Assembly (NCBI GenBank): GCA_039932055.1
Contig: JBDTQT010000003.1
Location: 1 to 44,548, forward strand
DNA length: 44,548 bases
Direction of reading: 5' to 3'
From: Thermoanaerobaculia bacterium
Lineage (GTDB): Bacteria; Acidobacteriota; Thermoanaerobaculia; Multivoradales; JAGPDF01
Numbering within the stretch: position 1 is the stretch's first letter; every line of letters begins with the position of its first letter. The translations under genes were made by a program, and so were the position numbers. Positions 1-8,565 of the stretch are shown piece by piece. The notes beneath the pieces were generated by a model. The model made no database searches, had not been told where the DNA came from, and saw only the letters and a list, made by a program, of their open reading frames with translations.

Positions 1-327
1 GTCAGCAAGTACGGCTGGGACCGCTTCTACAAGGGGCTGCTCGATCTCCTGACAGTGCTGTTCATCACCAAATACACCCGCCGCCCGCTGCACCTGTTCG
101 GGGCGATGGGCCTCGCCGGCCTCGGCTGCGGTCTGCTGATCAACCTCTACCTCGCCGTGCGATGGTTTCTCGGCGAGTCGCTCTCGAACCGGCCGCTCCT
201 GCTCCTGGGCTCGCTCCTCATGCTGATCGGCCTGCAGGTGCTGATGACCGGTCTGCTGGCGGAGATGATGACCCACAAGACCTTCCGCCGCACCGACAGC
301 TATTCGGTCAAGGAGCTGCTCGATTAG
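1..327 (+). CDS. GT2 family (ArnC/polyprenol-phosphate-like) glycosyltransferase, C-terminal part (5'-truncated by window edge)
   Basis: Frame 1 is open from base 1 and reads VSKYGWDRFYKGLLDLLTVLFITKYTRRPLHLFG followed by two hydrophobic TM segments. This is the typical C-terminus of ArnC/GtrB-like GT2 enzymes. Confidence 0.8.
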   Translation, partial: VSKYGWDRFYKGLLDLLTVLFITKYTRRPLHLFGAMGLAGLGCGLLINLYLAVRWFLGESLSNRPLLLLGSLLMLIGLQVLMTGLLAEMMTHKTFRRTDSYSVKELLD

Positions 328-331
328 CCCG

Positions 332-1561
332 TTGGGCGTTCTCTTCCTCACCCAGACCTACCCCCGGCGGGCGCACGACAGCGCCGGGCCGTTCATCCGC
401 GATCTGGCGCGCGCCCTGGTTCGGGGTGGCGACCGCGTGCGCGTGCTGGCGCCGCACGCCGCCGGCCTCGCTGCCGAGTGGCGCGAGGAGGGGGTGGAGG
501 TGCGCACCTTTCGCTACGCCCCGGAGCGCTGGGAGCTTCTGGGATACGGCCGCTCGCTGCACGCCGACGAGCGCATGGCGGGAGCGGCGGCAGCGGTCGC
601 GCCGCTCTACCTGCTGGGGGCCCGGCGGGCGCTGAAGAGCGCTCTCGCCGAAGGCGGCTGGGACGTCGTCCAGGCGCACTGGTTGGTGCCCAATCTCTTT
701 CCGGCGGCCTACAGCGGCAGCCGCCTGCCGCTCCTCGTCGGGCTGCACGGCAGCGATGTCTTCATGGCGGAGAAGGGGCCGGTCCGCCCGTTCGTGCGCC
801 GGGCCCTGCGCAGCGTCGACGGCCTCACCAGTTGCTCGCCCGAGCTCGCGGCGCGGGTGCAGCAGATCGGCTTCCCCGCCGAGCGCTCTCGCGTCATCCC
901 CTACGGCGTCGACAGCGAGCTTTTCGCCCCCGACGCCGCGCGGCGTGCGTTCTGGCGCGAACGGCTCGGAATTCCCGCGACCGCGCCGCTGCTGCTCGGC
1001 GTCGGGCGAATGGCGACCAAGAAGGGCTTTCACCTCCTGATCGAGGCCCTGCCGGCGCTCTTCGCCAGCCTCCCCGAGGCTCATCTCGTGCTTGCCGGCG
1101 GCGGCGATCGCCTCGCCGAGTTCCGCCTGGGGGCGGCGGCGTTCGCCGGGAGGGTGCACTTTCCCGGCGCCGTGCTGCACGACACCTTGCCGGATCTCTA
1201 TCGCGCCGCCGACCTCTTCGTTCTGCCGGCGGTGCACGACGCCAAGGGAAACGTCGACGGACTGCCGAACGTGATCCTCGAGGCGATGGCGAGCGGCCTG
1301 CCCGTGGTGGGCTCGCGGGTCTCCGGCCTGCCGACCGCGATTGGCGACGGGATCAACGGCTGGCTGGTGGACGAGGGGAGCGTCGCCGACCTGGTCCGGG
1401 TCCTGCCGCAGGCTTTCGCCGACCGTGAGCGCCTGCGCGGTTTCGGCATGGTCTCACGGACGCGGGCGTGCCAAGAGTTCTCCTGGGAGAGCGTCGCCGC
1501 GCGCTACCGTGCGGCCTACGTCGCAGCCTGCAAACGGCACCGCGCAGCCGCGCGCTCTTGA
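332..1561 (+). CDS. GT4 family (GT-B fold) glycosyltransferase
   Basis: Motifs VQAHW, LHGSDV, VIPYGVD, GVGRMATKKG, ADLFVLP, DGLPNVILEAMASGLPVV (E/D-x7-E signature) and FSWESVA. TTG start lies 4 nt after the upstream stop. Confidence 0.92.
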   Translation: MGVLFLTQTYPRRAHDSAGPFIRDLARALVRGGDRVRVLAPHAAGLAAEWREEGVEVRTFRYAPERWELLGYGRSLHADERMAGAAAAVAPLYLLGARRALKSALAEGGWDVVQAHWLVPNLFPAAYSGSRLPLLVGLHGSDVFMAEKGPVRPFVRRALRSVDGLTSCSPELAARVQQIGFPAERSRVIPYGVDSELFAPDAARRAFWRERLGIPATAPLLLGVGRMATKKGFHLLIEALPALFASLPEAHLVLAGGGDRLAEFRLGAAAFAGRVHFPGAVLHDTLPDLYRAADLFVLPAVHDAKGNVDGLPNVILEAMASGLPVVGSRVSGLPTAIGDGINGWLVDEGSVADLVRVLPQAFADRERLRGFGMVSRTRACQEFSWESVAARYRAAYVAACKRHRAAARS

Positions 1562-1612
1562 GGAAGACGGGCGCCGGCGGAGCGCCGGCGGTGGGGGTGC
1601 CGACGCATTTGT

Positions 1613-3439
1613 CTAAGGCTGGAGAATGACCTCGACCTGTTTGCCGGCGCGCAGCACCGAGAGCTGGATCGAGATGCCGCGCGAGCTCTCGATCATCGCT
1701 TGCAGGCCGGAGGCCTGGGTGACCGGACGGCCGCCGGCACGCAGGACGAGGTCGTCGACCAGCAGGCCGGCGCGGTCGGCGAGACCGCCCGCCACGACCG
1801 CTTCGACCAGCAGGCCGCGGATTCCGAGCGGCGGGTAGTCGACTGCATTCAGGGTGGCGCCGAGCTCCGGTTTCTTCGGCCGCGCCGGCGCCGATGTTGG
1901 CGGTGCCAGGGGTTTCGCCGCTGCTGTCCGTTTCGCGGAGTCTTTCTCGTTCGCCGCACCGGCACGCAGAGCTTCGAGGCGGGAGAGCGCGCTTGCCGAC
2001 TCGGTCGCCGCGGGGTCCAGCGCGACCGCCCGGCGAAACGATGTCTCGGCCTCCGCGTAGCGCCGTTGGGAGAGGTAGATCGTGCCGAGATTGTGCGCGA
2101 TGTCGACTCGATCGGGTGCGACCTCGGCCGCCTTCTCCAGGGAATACGCCGCGTCCGGCAAGCGTCCAGCGGCTTGCTGCGCCAGCCCGAGCAGCGCCCA
2201 GGCGCTGCCATCCTCGGGGCGCAGACGCGTGGCTGACTCGGCGGCGGTGGTCGCCCGGCCGAAGTTCTTCGCGGTCAGCGAGGACTGGGCGAGCTCCATC
2301 GCCGCGCGGAAGCCCGCTCCCTGGGCGTTCGCCGGATCGAGGGCAATCGCTTTGCCGAGGCTCGCGGCCATTCCTTCGATGTTGCCGAGACCGCGCTGAG
2401 CGAAAGCGAACTCGAGCCAGAGGGCTGCCGACTCCGGGTGCGCCTGGGTCGCCTCGAGAAGCACCGCCACGGCGTCCATGAAACGCCCGGCTGAGGTGTA
2501 GGCCCGGCCTGTCTCGAGCGCGATCTCAGGGTCGCGCCGGTCGAGCTCGTGCGCCGTGCGCAGCGCTTCGAGGCCGAGGACGGCGAGGCCGAGCTTCTGC
2601 CGGGCGATCCCGAGATTGAACCAGATGCGCGGATTCCTGGTGTCGAGCCGCGCAGCCTCCTCGAGAGCGTGGACCGCGTCCTCGAACTGGCCGCGCCCGA
2701 AGTAGATGAATCCGACGTTCAGGAGAGCCTGGGACTTGAGCGCGGGCGGCAGCCTGGCCGGCGCGCTGCGCTCGAGCGCGAGCACGCGCTCGAACCCGGC
2801 CAGTGCCGGGTCGGTGCGTTCTTCCGCGAGATCGACTTGCGCCAGGGCGAAGAGCGCGCGCAGCGAGGCCGGCGCGAGCGCCAGGCTCGCCTCGATCTGG
2901 TGCCGGGCGTTGACCATGTCGCCGCCGGTGAGGGCGTCGATTCCCTGCTTGAGGAAGAGCGCGGCGCGCCGCTCGCGCTCTTCGGCGGCAGTGCGCTGGG
3001 TGTTCTGGAAGAGCGCCATGAAATCGGGACTGTAGATCCCCGCCCGCGGTTGATAGCCGGGATCTTCGACCAGCGCGGCGGTGAGCTCGCGGCCGGCACC
3101 CTCCGGGTTGCCGAGCTGGAATTCGAGCCAGGCGGCGGTCACCCGCAGGCGCGTGCTCTCCGGGGGCGCCGCCGCCTGCGCGGCGAGCTCGCGATAGAGA
3201 CCGAGGGCGCGCGCCAGGTCGCCGTCCATGAAAGCCTGCTCGGCCTCGCTCTCGCGCAGCGTGCGCGCATCGGCGATCACCGCGGTCGGCGCCGCCTCCG
3301 GCGGCTGGGCGGGTGGCGGCGCTTCGTCGAGGAGGTCTTCGCTCGTCACCTCACCGGGCGGCGGCGACTGGCCCGCCAGCGGTGGCGGCGGGAAGATCAG
3401 AAGCAGGAGGACTGCGGCGAGGAACGACAGCGAGCGCAT
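1613..3439 (-). CDS. Secreted tetratricopeptide-repeat protein with C-terminal PDZ domain (608 aa)
   Basis: True start is MRSLSFLAAVLLLLIF (signal peptide) at 3439, inside the over-extended 1210-aa ORF. Many TPR motifs (ALLNVGFIYFGRGQFEDAV, IWFNLGIA, AHNLGTIY). C-terminal PDZ-like GLLVEAVVAGGLADRAGLLVDDLVLRAGG...LSVLRAGK. Confidence 0.88.
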   Translation of the reverse strand: MRSLSFLAAVLLLLIFPPPPLAGQSPPPGEVTSEDLLDEAPPPAQPPEAAPTAVIADARTLRESEAEQAFMDGDLARALGLYRELAAQAAAPPESTRLRVTAAWLEFQLGNPEGAGRELTAALVEDPGYQPRAGIYSPDFMALFQNTQRTAAEERERRAALFLKQGIDALTGGDMVNARHQIEASLALAPASLRALFALAQVDLAEERTDPALAGFERVLALERSAPARLPPALKSQALLNVGFIYFGRGQFEDAVHALEEAARLDTRNPRIWFNLGIARQKLGLAVLGLEALRTAHELDRRDPEIALETGRAYTSAGRFMDAVAVLLEATQAHPESAALWLEFAFAQRGLGNIEGMAASLGKAIALDPANAQGAGFRAAMELAQSSLTAKNFGRATTAAESATRLRPEDGSAWALLGLAQQAAGRLPDAAYSLEKAAEVAPDRVDIAHNLGTIYLSQRRYAEAETSFRRAVALDPAATESASALSRLEALRAGAANEKDSAKRTAAAKPLAPPTSAPARPKKPELGATLNAVDYPPLGIRGLLVEAVVAGGLADRAGLLVDDLVLRAGGRPVTQASGLQAMIESSRGISIQLSVLRAGKQVEVILQP

Positions 3440-3480
3440 CGGCGAGTGGATCCGCGACGACTCTAACAGAGGCTGGAAGG

Positions 3481-5355
3481 CTAGTTGGGAACGATCGGCT
3501 TCTCGGCGAGGCGCTGCGGACTCCGGCCGTCGAGGTCGAAAGTGAGGATCGATTCGTTTTCGCTGCGAATCTCGACGCTCTCCCGGCGCAGCACCGGCGA
3601 CGCCGGATCCTGGCTGGCGACGATCTCGACGATGTGCGGGCCGGGAGCGAGCCAGCGGCCGCGCAGCGGCGTCGGGACGGCGGGCGCGCCGTCGAGTCGC
3701 ACGTACGCCTGGCGGGCGTTGATGTGTGGCTGCACGGTGAGCTTTCCCGGTCGCTCGATCGGCGAAACGAGCTGTCTCTTCTCGCCCTCCTTGAGGCGCA
3801 CGGTGGTCTCCGCGGCATGCGCGTAGACCGGGGTGTCGATGGCGAACTTGAGCTTGTAGCTCCCCGGATCGAGCTCGAGGCGGCGCTCGCGGTCGAGCGA
3901 CCAGACCTTGCCGCCGAGGCGCAGCGTCATCGCCGAGTCCCAGGCCGCGGCCACGGTCAGGACGGCAGGTGCCGGAGTGGGCGGAGGCGGTGGCGGCGCG
4001 GTGGCGTCCGCTGCGGGCGGCGCGGTGCTGGGAGGAGCGGAAGCCGATTCGCTGGCGCTCGCCGCGGCGTCCGCTGGCGGCGCGACCGCTGTCCCCGCGG
4101 CCGCAGCCGGCGGCACGAAGGATAGCGTGCTCTCCACCTTCGCTGCCGACTCCTGAGCTGGCGTTGCGGCCTGGCTCGCCGCGGGAGGTGCCTTGGGCGC
4201 CGGTAGCGAGACCACGGCGGGAGCGTTCGACCGGCTCGTGTCCCAGTAGCGCCAGCCGCCCCACCCGGCGGCGGCCACCACGAGCAGACCGAGAAGCCCG
4301 CCCGCGATCCGTCTGCCGGCGCCGGGGCGGCGCTCGAAGGCAACAGTCGGCGGGCCCTCCGCATGAGCAGCGGGCGCGGTCCGTGAATCGAGCACGATCT
4401 CTCCGAGGCTCAGCGTGCGCGGCGGGGCGGCGCCGGCATGGGCTCCGGCCGGCGTGGCCGCCACGCCCGTTGGAGGAGCGCTCCCTTGGGCGACGGCGAC
4501 AGTGCGGCCGGTGAGTGCCGCAGTGGCGGGCTCGCTGGGGTCCTCGCGGGGTCGGCGGTGGGCGAGCGCCTCGATGTCGGCGAGCAGCTCCGAACAGCCC
4601 GGATAGCGCTTCGCCGGCTCCTTCTCCAGACAGCGCTGGATGATGCGCACGAGCTCCTCGGGACAGTCGGGGGCCTTGTCGCCCAGCGCCGGCGCCGGTT
4701 CGTTGAGGATCTTGTAGAAGACCGCGGAGATCTCCGCTCCCTGGAACGGCCGCTCGAGGGCGAAGAGTTCGTAGGCGAGGATGCCGAACGAGAAGAGGTC
4801 GGTACGGGCGTCGAAGGCGCCGCCGCGAATCTGTTCGGGGGCGAGGTAGGCGGCGGTCCCGAGGGTGATCCCGGCCTGGGTGAGCGCCTGCTCGTGCTGG
4901 GCGAGCTTGGCGATACCGAAGTCCATGATCTTCGCCGTGTCGTCTTCCAGGATGCGGATGTTCGCCGGCTTGATGTCGCGATGCACGACGCCGCGCGAGT
5001 GCGCGTACTGCAGGCCGCGGACGATCTGCACGAGGTAGAGAAGCTTCTCCGGCAGGCTCAGGAACTCGCGGCGCTTGATTTTGCGGTCGAGATCCTCGCC
5101 GGAAAGGTACTCCTGTACGAGGTAAGGCACGCCGTCCTGGAAGCCGAAGTCGTAGACCGTGACGATGTTGCGGTGATGGAGGTTGCCGGCGATCTCGGCT
5201 TCGCGCATGAAACGCTCGCGCGTTTCGGTGTCCTCCGAGGTGCATGTCTTGATCGCAACCGGCCGCTTGATGAACGGGTCGTAGGCTTTGTAGACGACTC
5301 CGAAGCCGCCAACGCCTATCTTTTCAAGGACTTGGTACTTGTCCAGAGTCTGCAT
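3481..5355 (-). CDS. Membrane-anchored Hanks-type Ser/Thr protein kinase with Ala/Pro linker and C-terminal PEGA-like beta domains
   Basis: Motifs IGVGGFGVVY, VAIK, HRDIKPANI, DFGIAK, GTAAYLAPEQ, DLFSFG. TM helix IAGGLLGLLVVAAAGWGGW. Extracytoplasmic AYVRLDG...TPLR...LAPGPHIVEI is PEGA-like. Confidence 0.95.
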   Translation of the reverse strand: MQTLDKYQVLEKIGVGGFGVVYKAYDPFIKRPVAIKTCTSEDTETRERFMREAEIAGNLHHRNIVTVYDFGFQDGVPYLVQEYLSGEDLDRKIKRREFLSLPEKLLYLVQIVRGLQYAHSRGVVHRDIKPANIRILEDDTAKIMDFGIAKLAQHEQALTQAGITLGTAAYLAPEQIRGGAFDARTDLFSFGILAYELFALERPFQGAEISAVFYKILNEPAPALGDKAPDCPEELVRIIQRCLEKEPAKRYPGCSELLADIEALAHRRPREDPSEPATAALTGRTVAVAQGSAPPTGVAATPAGAHAGAAPPRTLSLGEIVLDSRTAPAAHAEGPPTVAFERRPGAGRRIAGGLLGLLVVAAAGWGGWRYWDTSRSNAPAVVSLPAPKAPPAASQAATPAQESAAKVESTLSFVPPAAAAGTAVAPPADAAASASESASAPPSTAPPAADATAPPPPPPTPAPAVLTVAAAWDSAMTLRLGGKVWSLDRERRLELDPGSYKLKFAIDTPVYAHAAETTVRLKEGEKRQLVSPIERPGKLTVQPHINARQAYVRLDGAPAVPTPLRGRWLAPGPHIVEIVASQDPASPVLRRESVEIRSENESILTFDLDGRSPQRLAEKPIVPN

Positions 5356-5391
5356 GATCGAGGTGGAAATGCTAACACGGCGGGCGCCGGG

Positions 5392-6990
5392 TCAGGGCGG
5401 CGTGCCGAGGTTCGCGCTCAGGAACTCCCACAGCGCGGCATACGCCGCCGTCGGGTCGCCGGCCGTTCGCGGATCGCCTGCCACGAAGAGCTGCCGGCTC
5501 GACGGGCCCGTCGGCAGGAGCATGCGCGCGCGGTCTCGCCGCAGTGCCTCGCTCACCGGGTCGCCGAGGCGGGCGATCCACCAGGTACGCGCCGGTTCGG
5601 CGAGCGCGAGCACGGAGTCGAGCGCACGCAGAGGGTCGGGATCGCCGCCGAGATCGGCGGCGGCGGTGAAGCTCCCGGGGCGCGCGACAAGCACCATCGC
5701 GGCGAGCGCTCCGGCCCAGGAGCCTTCACCCAGCACTGCAATGCGCCGGGGATCGCCGCCGCGCCGGACGAGCTCGAAGCGCGCGGCGTCGAGGTCCTCG
5801 AGGCCGGCGTCGACGAGGCGCCCGTCGGCGGCGTGACGAAAGCGCTTGCCGAAGCCCATGGAGCCGCGCAGGCGGAGGCGCAGCGCGGCGACGCCGCGGT
5901 TGGCGAGGAACTGCAGGAACGGATCGAACTCTCGCCAGGCAGGCGGCGCGTCGTCGTTCTCGAGCCAGATGAGCGCCGGCGGTGAAGCAGCCGGGCGACG
6001 AGGCCACCAGAGATCGGCGGGCACCGGCAGCGCGCCGGCGATCCTCAGCTCGACTGCTGCCGGATCGACGAGATCCGCGGCGGAGATTGCCGGCGCCAGT
6101 CCGAACGAGAGCGGCCGCACTTGGGCGTCCGGGTCGAGGCGGTCGGCCAGCATCAGGTCACGCGGGAAGTGCGCGCTGGCGACCTCATAGAGCGCTCCGC
6201 CCGCCGCTCCCGCCGCTCCCGCCGCTCCCGCCGCTCCCGCCGCTCCCACCGCCCCCGCGGCCCCCGCTGGCAGCGCGCGGGCGAGCCGCGTGTCCGACGG
6301 CAACGGCAGGGGCCCAAGCCCGGCGCCCGTGGCGGCATCGAACAGGGCTGCTTCGACGGCGCCGGAACAGCTCCACTGCAGCGCATACACGGCACCGTCC
6401 GGACTGCTGTCGAGCCGCAGCGCCGCGCAGCCGGGGCGACTGCGGCGCAGGCGCTCACCGGTGTCGGGATTCAGGATCTCGAGCTGCAAGGTGTCGTCGC
6501 CATCGTCGGAAAAGAGGAACAGTCGACCGCCGTCGGCGGAGAAGTGCTGCGGCAGGAAGCGGGCATCACGATCGACCGGCAGCAGCAGGCGCGTCTCTCC
6601 GGTGGAGCGGTCGTAAAGGAGGACCTCGGTGGTATCCGGGTCGATGTCGCGGACGAGGGCGACGCGATCGCCGCGCGGTGCCACGGCGGCGATCCGGAAG
6701 CCGGCTGGCGCGACGGCGAGCGCCGATGGTTGGGTCGGGAGAGGCGGGGGGCTCCAGGAGAGACCCTGCGCCGCCGCGAGGCGCGCCGCCGCCGGCGATT
6801 CGACGCCGGTGGCGGTGCTGGCGAGGAAATCGCCGAGCTCGAAGCGCCTGGGCTGGAGCGCCGGAGCCACGGGCTCGGCATGCGCACTCCTTCCCTCGCT
6901 GCAACTGCCGATGACGGGCAGAAGGGCGGCGACGACGAGGAGAACCGACCGGCCCGAGCGGCGGGCAAGCAGTCGATATACTGCCGTCAT
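5392..6990 (-). CDS. S9 (prolyl oligopeptidase/acylaminoacyl peptidase)-like putative lipoprotein with degenerate catalytic motifs
   Basis: Beta-propeller-like repeats (FSADGGRLFL, SSPDG) followed by an alpha/beta-hydrolase-like region QFLANRG..RGSMGFGKRF..DPRRIAVLGEGSWAG. Lipobox-like VIGSC. Start is uncertain (ATG 6990 vs TTG 7008). Confidence 0.7.
   Translation of the reverse strand: MTAVYRLLARRSGRSVLLVVAALLPVIGSCSEGRSAHAEPVAPALQPRRFELGDFLASTATGVESPAAARLAAAQGLSWSPPPLPTQPSALAVAPAGFRIAAVAPRGDRVALVRDIDPDTTEVLLYDRSTGETRLLLPVDRDARFLPQHFSADGGRLFLFSDDGDDTLQLEILNPDTGERLRRSRPGCAALRLDSSPDGAVYALQWSCSGAVEAALFDAATGAGLGPLPLPSDTRLARALPAGAAGAVGAAGAAGAAGAAGAAGGALYEVASAHFPRDLMLADRLDPDAQVRPLSFGLAPAISAADLVDPAAVELRIAGALPVPADLWWPRRPAASPPALIWLENDDAPPAWREFDPFLQFLANRGVAALRLRLRGSMGFGKRFRHAADGRLVDAGLEDLDAARFELVRRGGDPRRIAVLGEGSWAGALAAMVLVARPGSFTAAADLGGDPDPLRALDSVLALAEPARTWWIARLGDPVSEALRRDRARMLLPTGPSSRQLFVAGDPRTAGDPTAAYAALWEFLSANLGTPP
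6200..6262. repeat. In-frame 9-bp tandem repeat (CCCGCCGCT x5 perfect plus 2 degenerate) encoding Ala-Ala-Gly repeats
   Basis: Read directly: five exact copies at 6200-6244, then cccaccgcc and cccgcggcc. Confidence 0.9.
6977..6982 (+). promoter_or_regulatory. Putative -10 box (TATACT) of a leaderless promoter
   Basis: TATACT ends 6 nt before the ATG at 6989, and no Shine-Dalgarno sequence is present. Confidence 0.6.
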
Positions 6991-7459
6991 GAGTGATCGC
7001 AAGTACAAGCAGAGCGGCTACCAGGATTCCGGTTCATCGCGGAGCGACGCCAGCCGCCCGCAGGGCGACCGGCCCTCCGGAGCCGCGCGTGGAACCGGCG
7101 GGACGGGCAATCCGAGGGATCCGCGCGACGCGCCGCGCGGGCGTGGATTGGGCGCGCCAACGGCGAGCGCCTTCCGCTGCGCGAGCTGCGGCGAGCTGCA
7201 GAGCATCGGCGCGGCCGCCGGGCTCGCGGCGCGCTGCACCGCTTGCGGCGCCGATCTGCACTCCTGCACGAATTGCGCGCATTTCGATCCCGGCGCGCCG
7301 GCACAGTGCCGTCAACCGCAGGTGACGCTGGTCATGAAGAAGTCGAAGGCGAACGAGTGCGCCCACTTCGAGCCCCGCGAACGGCAGGAGTTCGCCGCCG
7401 AGAAGCCGGCGCCCGCCGCCAAGGACCCGCGCGCCGCCTTCGACGCGCTCTTCAAGTAG
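6989..7459 (+). CDS. Cys-rich putative zinc-binding hypothetical protein (156 aa)
   Basis: Start MSDRKYKQSGYQD. Motifs CASC, CTAC, CTNCAHF, QC and ECAHF give 8 Cys. The C-terminus is AAFDALFK. Confidence 0.8.
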   Translation: MSDRKYKQSGYQDSGSSRSDASRPQGDRPSGAARGTGGTGNPRDPRDAPRGRGLGAPTASAFRCASCGELQSIGAAAGLAARCTACGADLHSCTNCAHFDPGAPAQCRQPQVTLVMKKSKANECAHFEPRERQEFAAEKPAPAAKDPRAAFDALFK

Positions 7460-7485
7460 GTTTCGCACCGCTCCCACCGTTGCGC

Positions 7486-8532
7486 TCAGCCTCCGATGTA
7501 CGACATTTCGACCCGGTGGGGGAGGCCCGTGGTCGCCTGTGACCGCTTCTCCGAGTAGCGATCGGCGCGGCCCAGCCAGATCGCCGCAATCTCGCCGCGG
7601 AGTTCCTGGTCGCTCGCGCCCGAGCGCAGCGCCGTCTTGATGTCGCTGCCTTTCGCTGCAAACAGACAGGTGAAGATCTTGCCGTCCGCGGACAGACGGG
7701 CGCGCACGCAATCGCCGCAGAAGGGTTGCGAGACGGAAGAGATGATGCCGATCTCCCCGGAGCCGTCGCGATAGCGGTAGCGGGTGGCGACTTCACCGCG
7801 CGTCTCCCGGACGACCGGTTCAAGGGCGGTGTCGGGAGCGGCCGCCATGATCCGCTGCAAGATCTCGTTCGCCGGCACGACATCCCGCAGCTGCCAGCCA
7901 TTCGATTCGCCCACGTCCATGTATTCGATGAAGCGCAGCACGTGCCCACTGCCGCGGAACCGCCGCGCCAGGTCAGCCACGCTGTCCTCGTTGACGCCGC
8001 GGCGCACGACAGCGTTGATCTTGATCGACTGAAACCCTGCCGCCTGCGCCGCCGCGATACCGGCGAGAACGTCCTCGGGACCGAAGTCGGCGTCGTTCAT
8101 CCGGCGGAAGATCCCGGAGTCGAGCGTATCGAGGCTGACCGTAAGGCGAGTGAGCCCGGCGCGGTGCAGCGCCGCCGCCTGCAGCCGCAGAAGCGAACCG
8201 TTGGTCGTCAGCGCGATCGGCGCCCCCAGCGGCACGAGCCGGCGAATGAGGTCGGGCAAGTCGCGCCGCAGCAAAGGCTCGCCGCCAGTGAGCCGGAGCT
8301 TGCGCACGCCGAGAGCGACGAAGATTCCCGCCAGACGCTCGATCTCCTCGAACGTGAGCAGCTCGGCGCGGGCGAGGAACGGATGATCCGGGCCGTAAAC
8401 CGCGCGCGGCATGCAGTAAGCGCAGCGGAAGTTGCAACGATCGGTGACCGAGATGCGGAGATCGCCCAAGGGACGCCCCAGACGGTCGGGGACCGGGACT
8501 TCGATCACCGGAAGTCGGCGCGGCAAGTTCAC
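7486..8532 (-). CDS. moaA: GTP 3',8-cyclase (molybdenum cofactor biosynthesis)
   Basis: LRISVTDRCNFRCAYCMP radical SAM motif, LTGGEPLLR, C-terminal FCGDCVRARLSADG..TCLF cluster motif, and the MSYIGG terminus. Confidence 0.97.
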   Translation of the reverse strand: MNLPRRLPVIEVPVPDRLGRPLGDLRISVTDRCNFRCAYCMPRAVYGPDHPFLARAELLTFEEIERLAGIFVALGVRKLRLTGGEPLLRRDLPDLIRRLVPLGAPIALTTNGSLLRLQAAALHRAGLTRLTVSLDTLDSGIFRRMNDADFGPEDVLAGIAAAQAAGFQSIKINAVVRRGVNEDSVADLARRFRGSGHVLRFIEYMDVGESNGWQLRDVVPANEILQRIMAAAPDTALEPVVRETRGEVATRYRYRDGSGEIGIISSVSQPFCGDCVRARLSADGKIFTCLFAAKGSDIKTALRSGASDQELRGEIAAIWLGRADRYSEKRSQATTGLPHRVEMSYIGG

Positions 8533-8539
8533 GACAGCG

Positions 8540-8545
8540 ATTCTA
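8540..8545 (-). promoter_or_regulatory. Putative -10 box (TAGAAT) of leaderless moaA promoter
   Basis: TAGAAT lies 7 nt before the GTG at 8532, with no SD. Confidence 0.55.
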
Positions 8546-8565
8546 TGCCGGGGACAGCCGGCGGC

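Noticed and set aside
1572-1590. CGCCGGCG-GAG-CGCCGGCG hairpin between convergent genes as an intrinsic terminator
   Set aside because: There is no U-tract on either strand, and such GC palindromes are frequent by chance here, so it was not called.
1613-5245. 1210-aa ORF as one giant protein or kinase-overlapping gene
   Set aside because: The first 602 codons are Arg/Pro-rich off-frame translation of the kinase gene. The real protein begins at the signal peptide at 3439.
6200-6262. Short repeats as a CRISPR array (also 18627-18900 and 35707-35742)
   Set aside because: There are no unique spacers or cas genes, and all are in-frame coding repeats.
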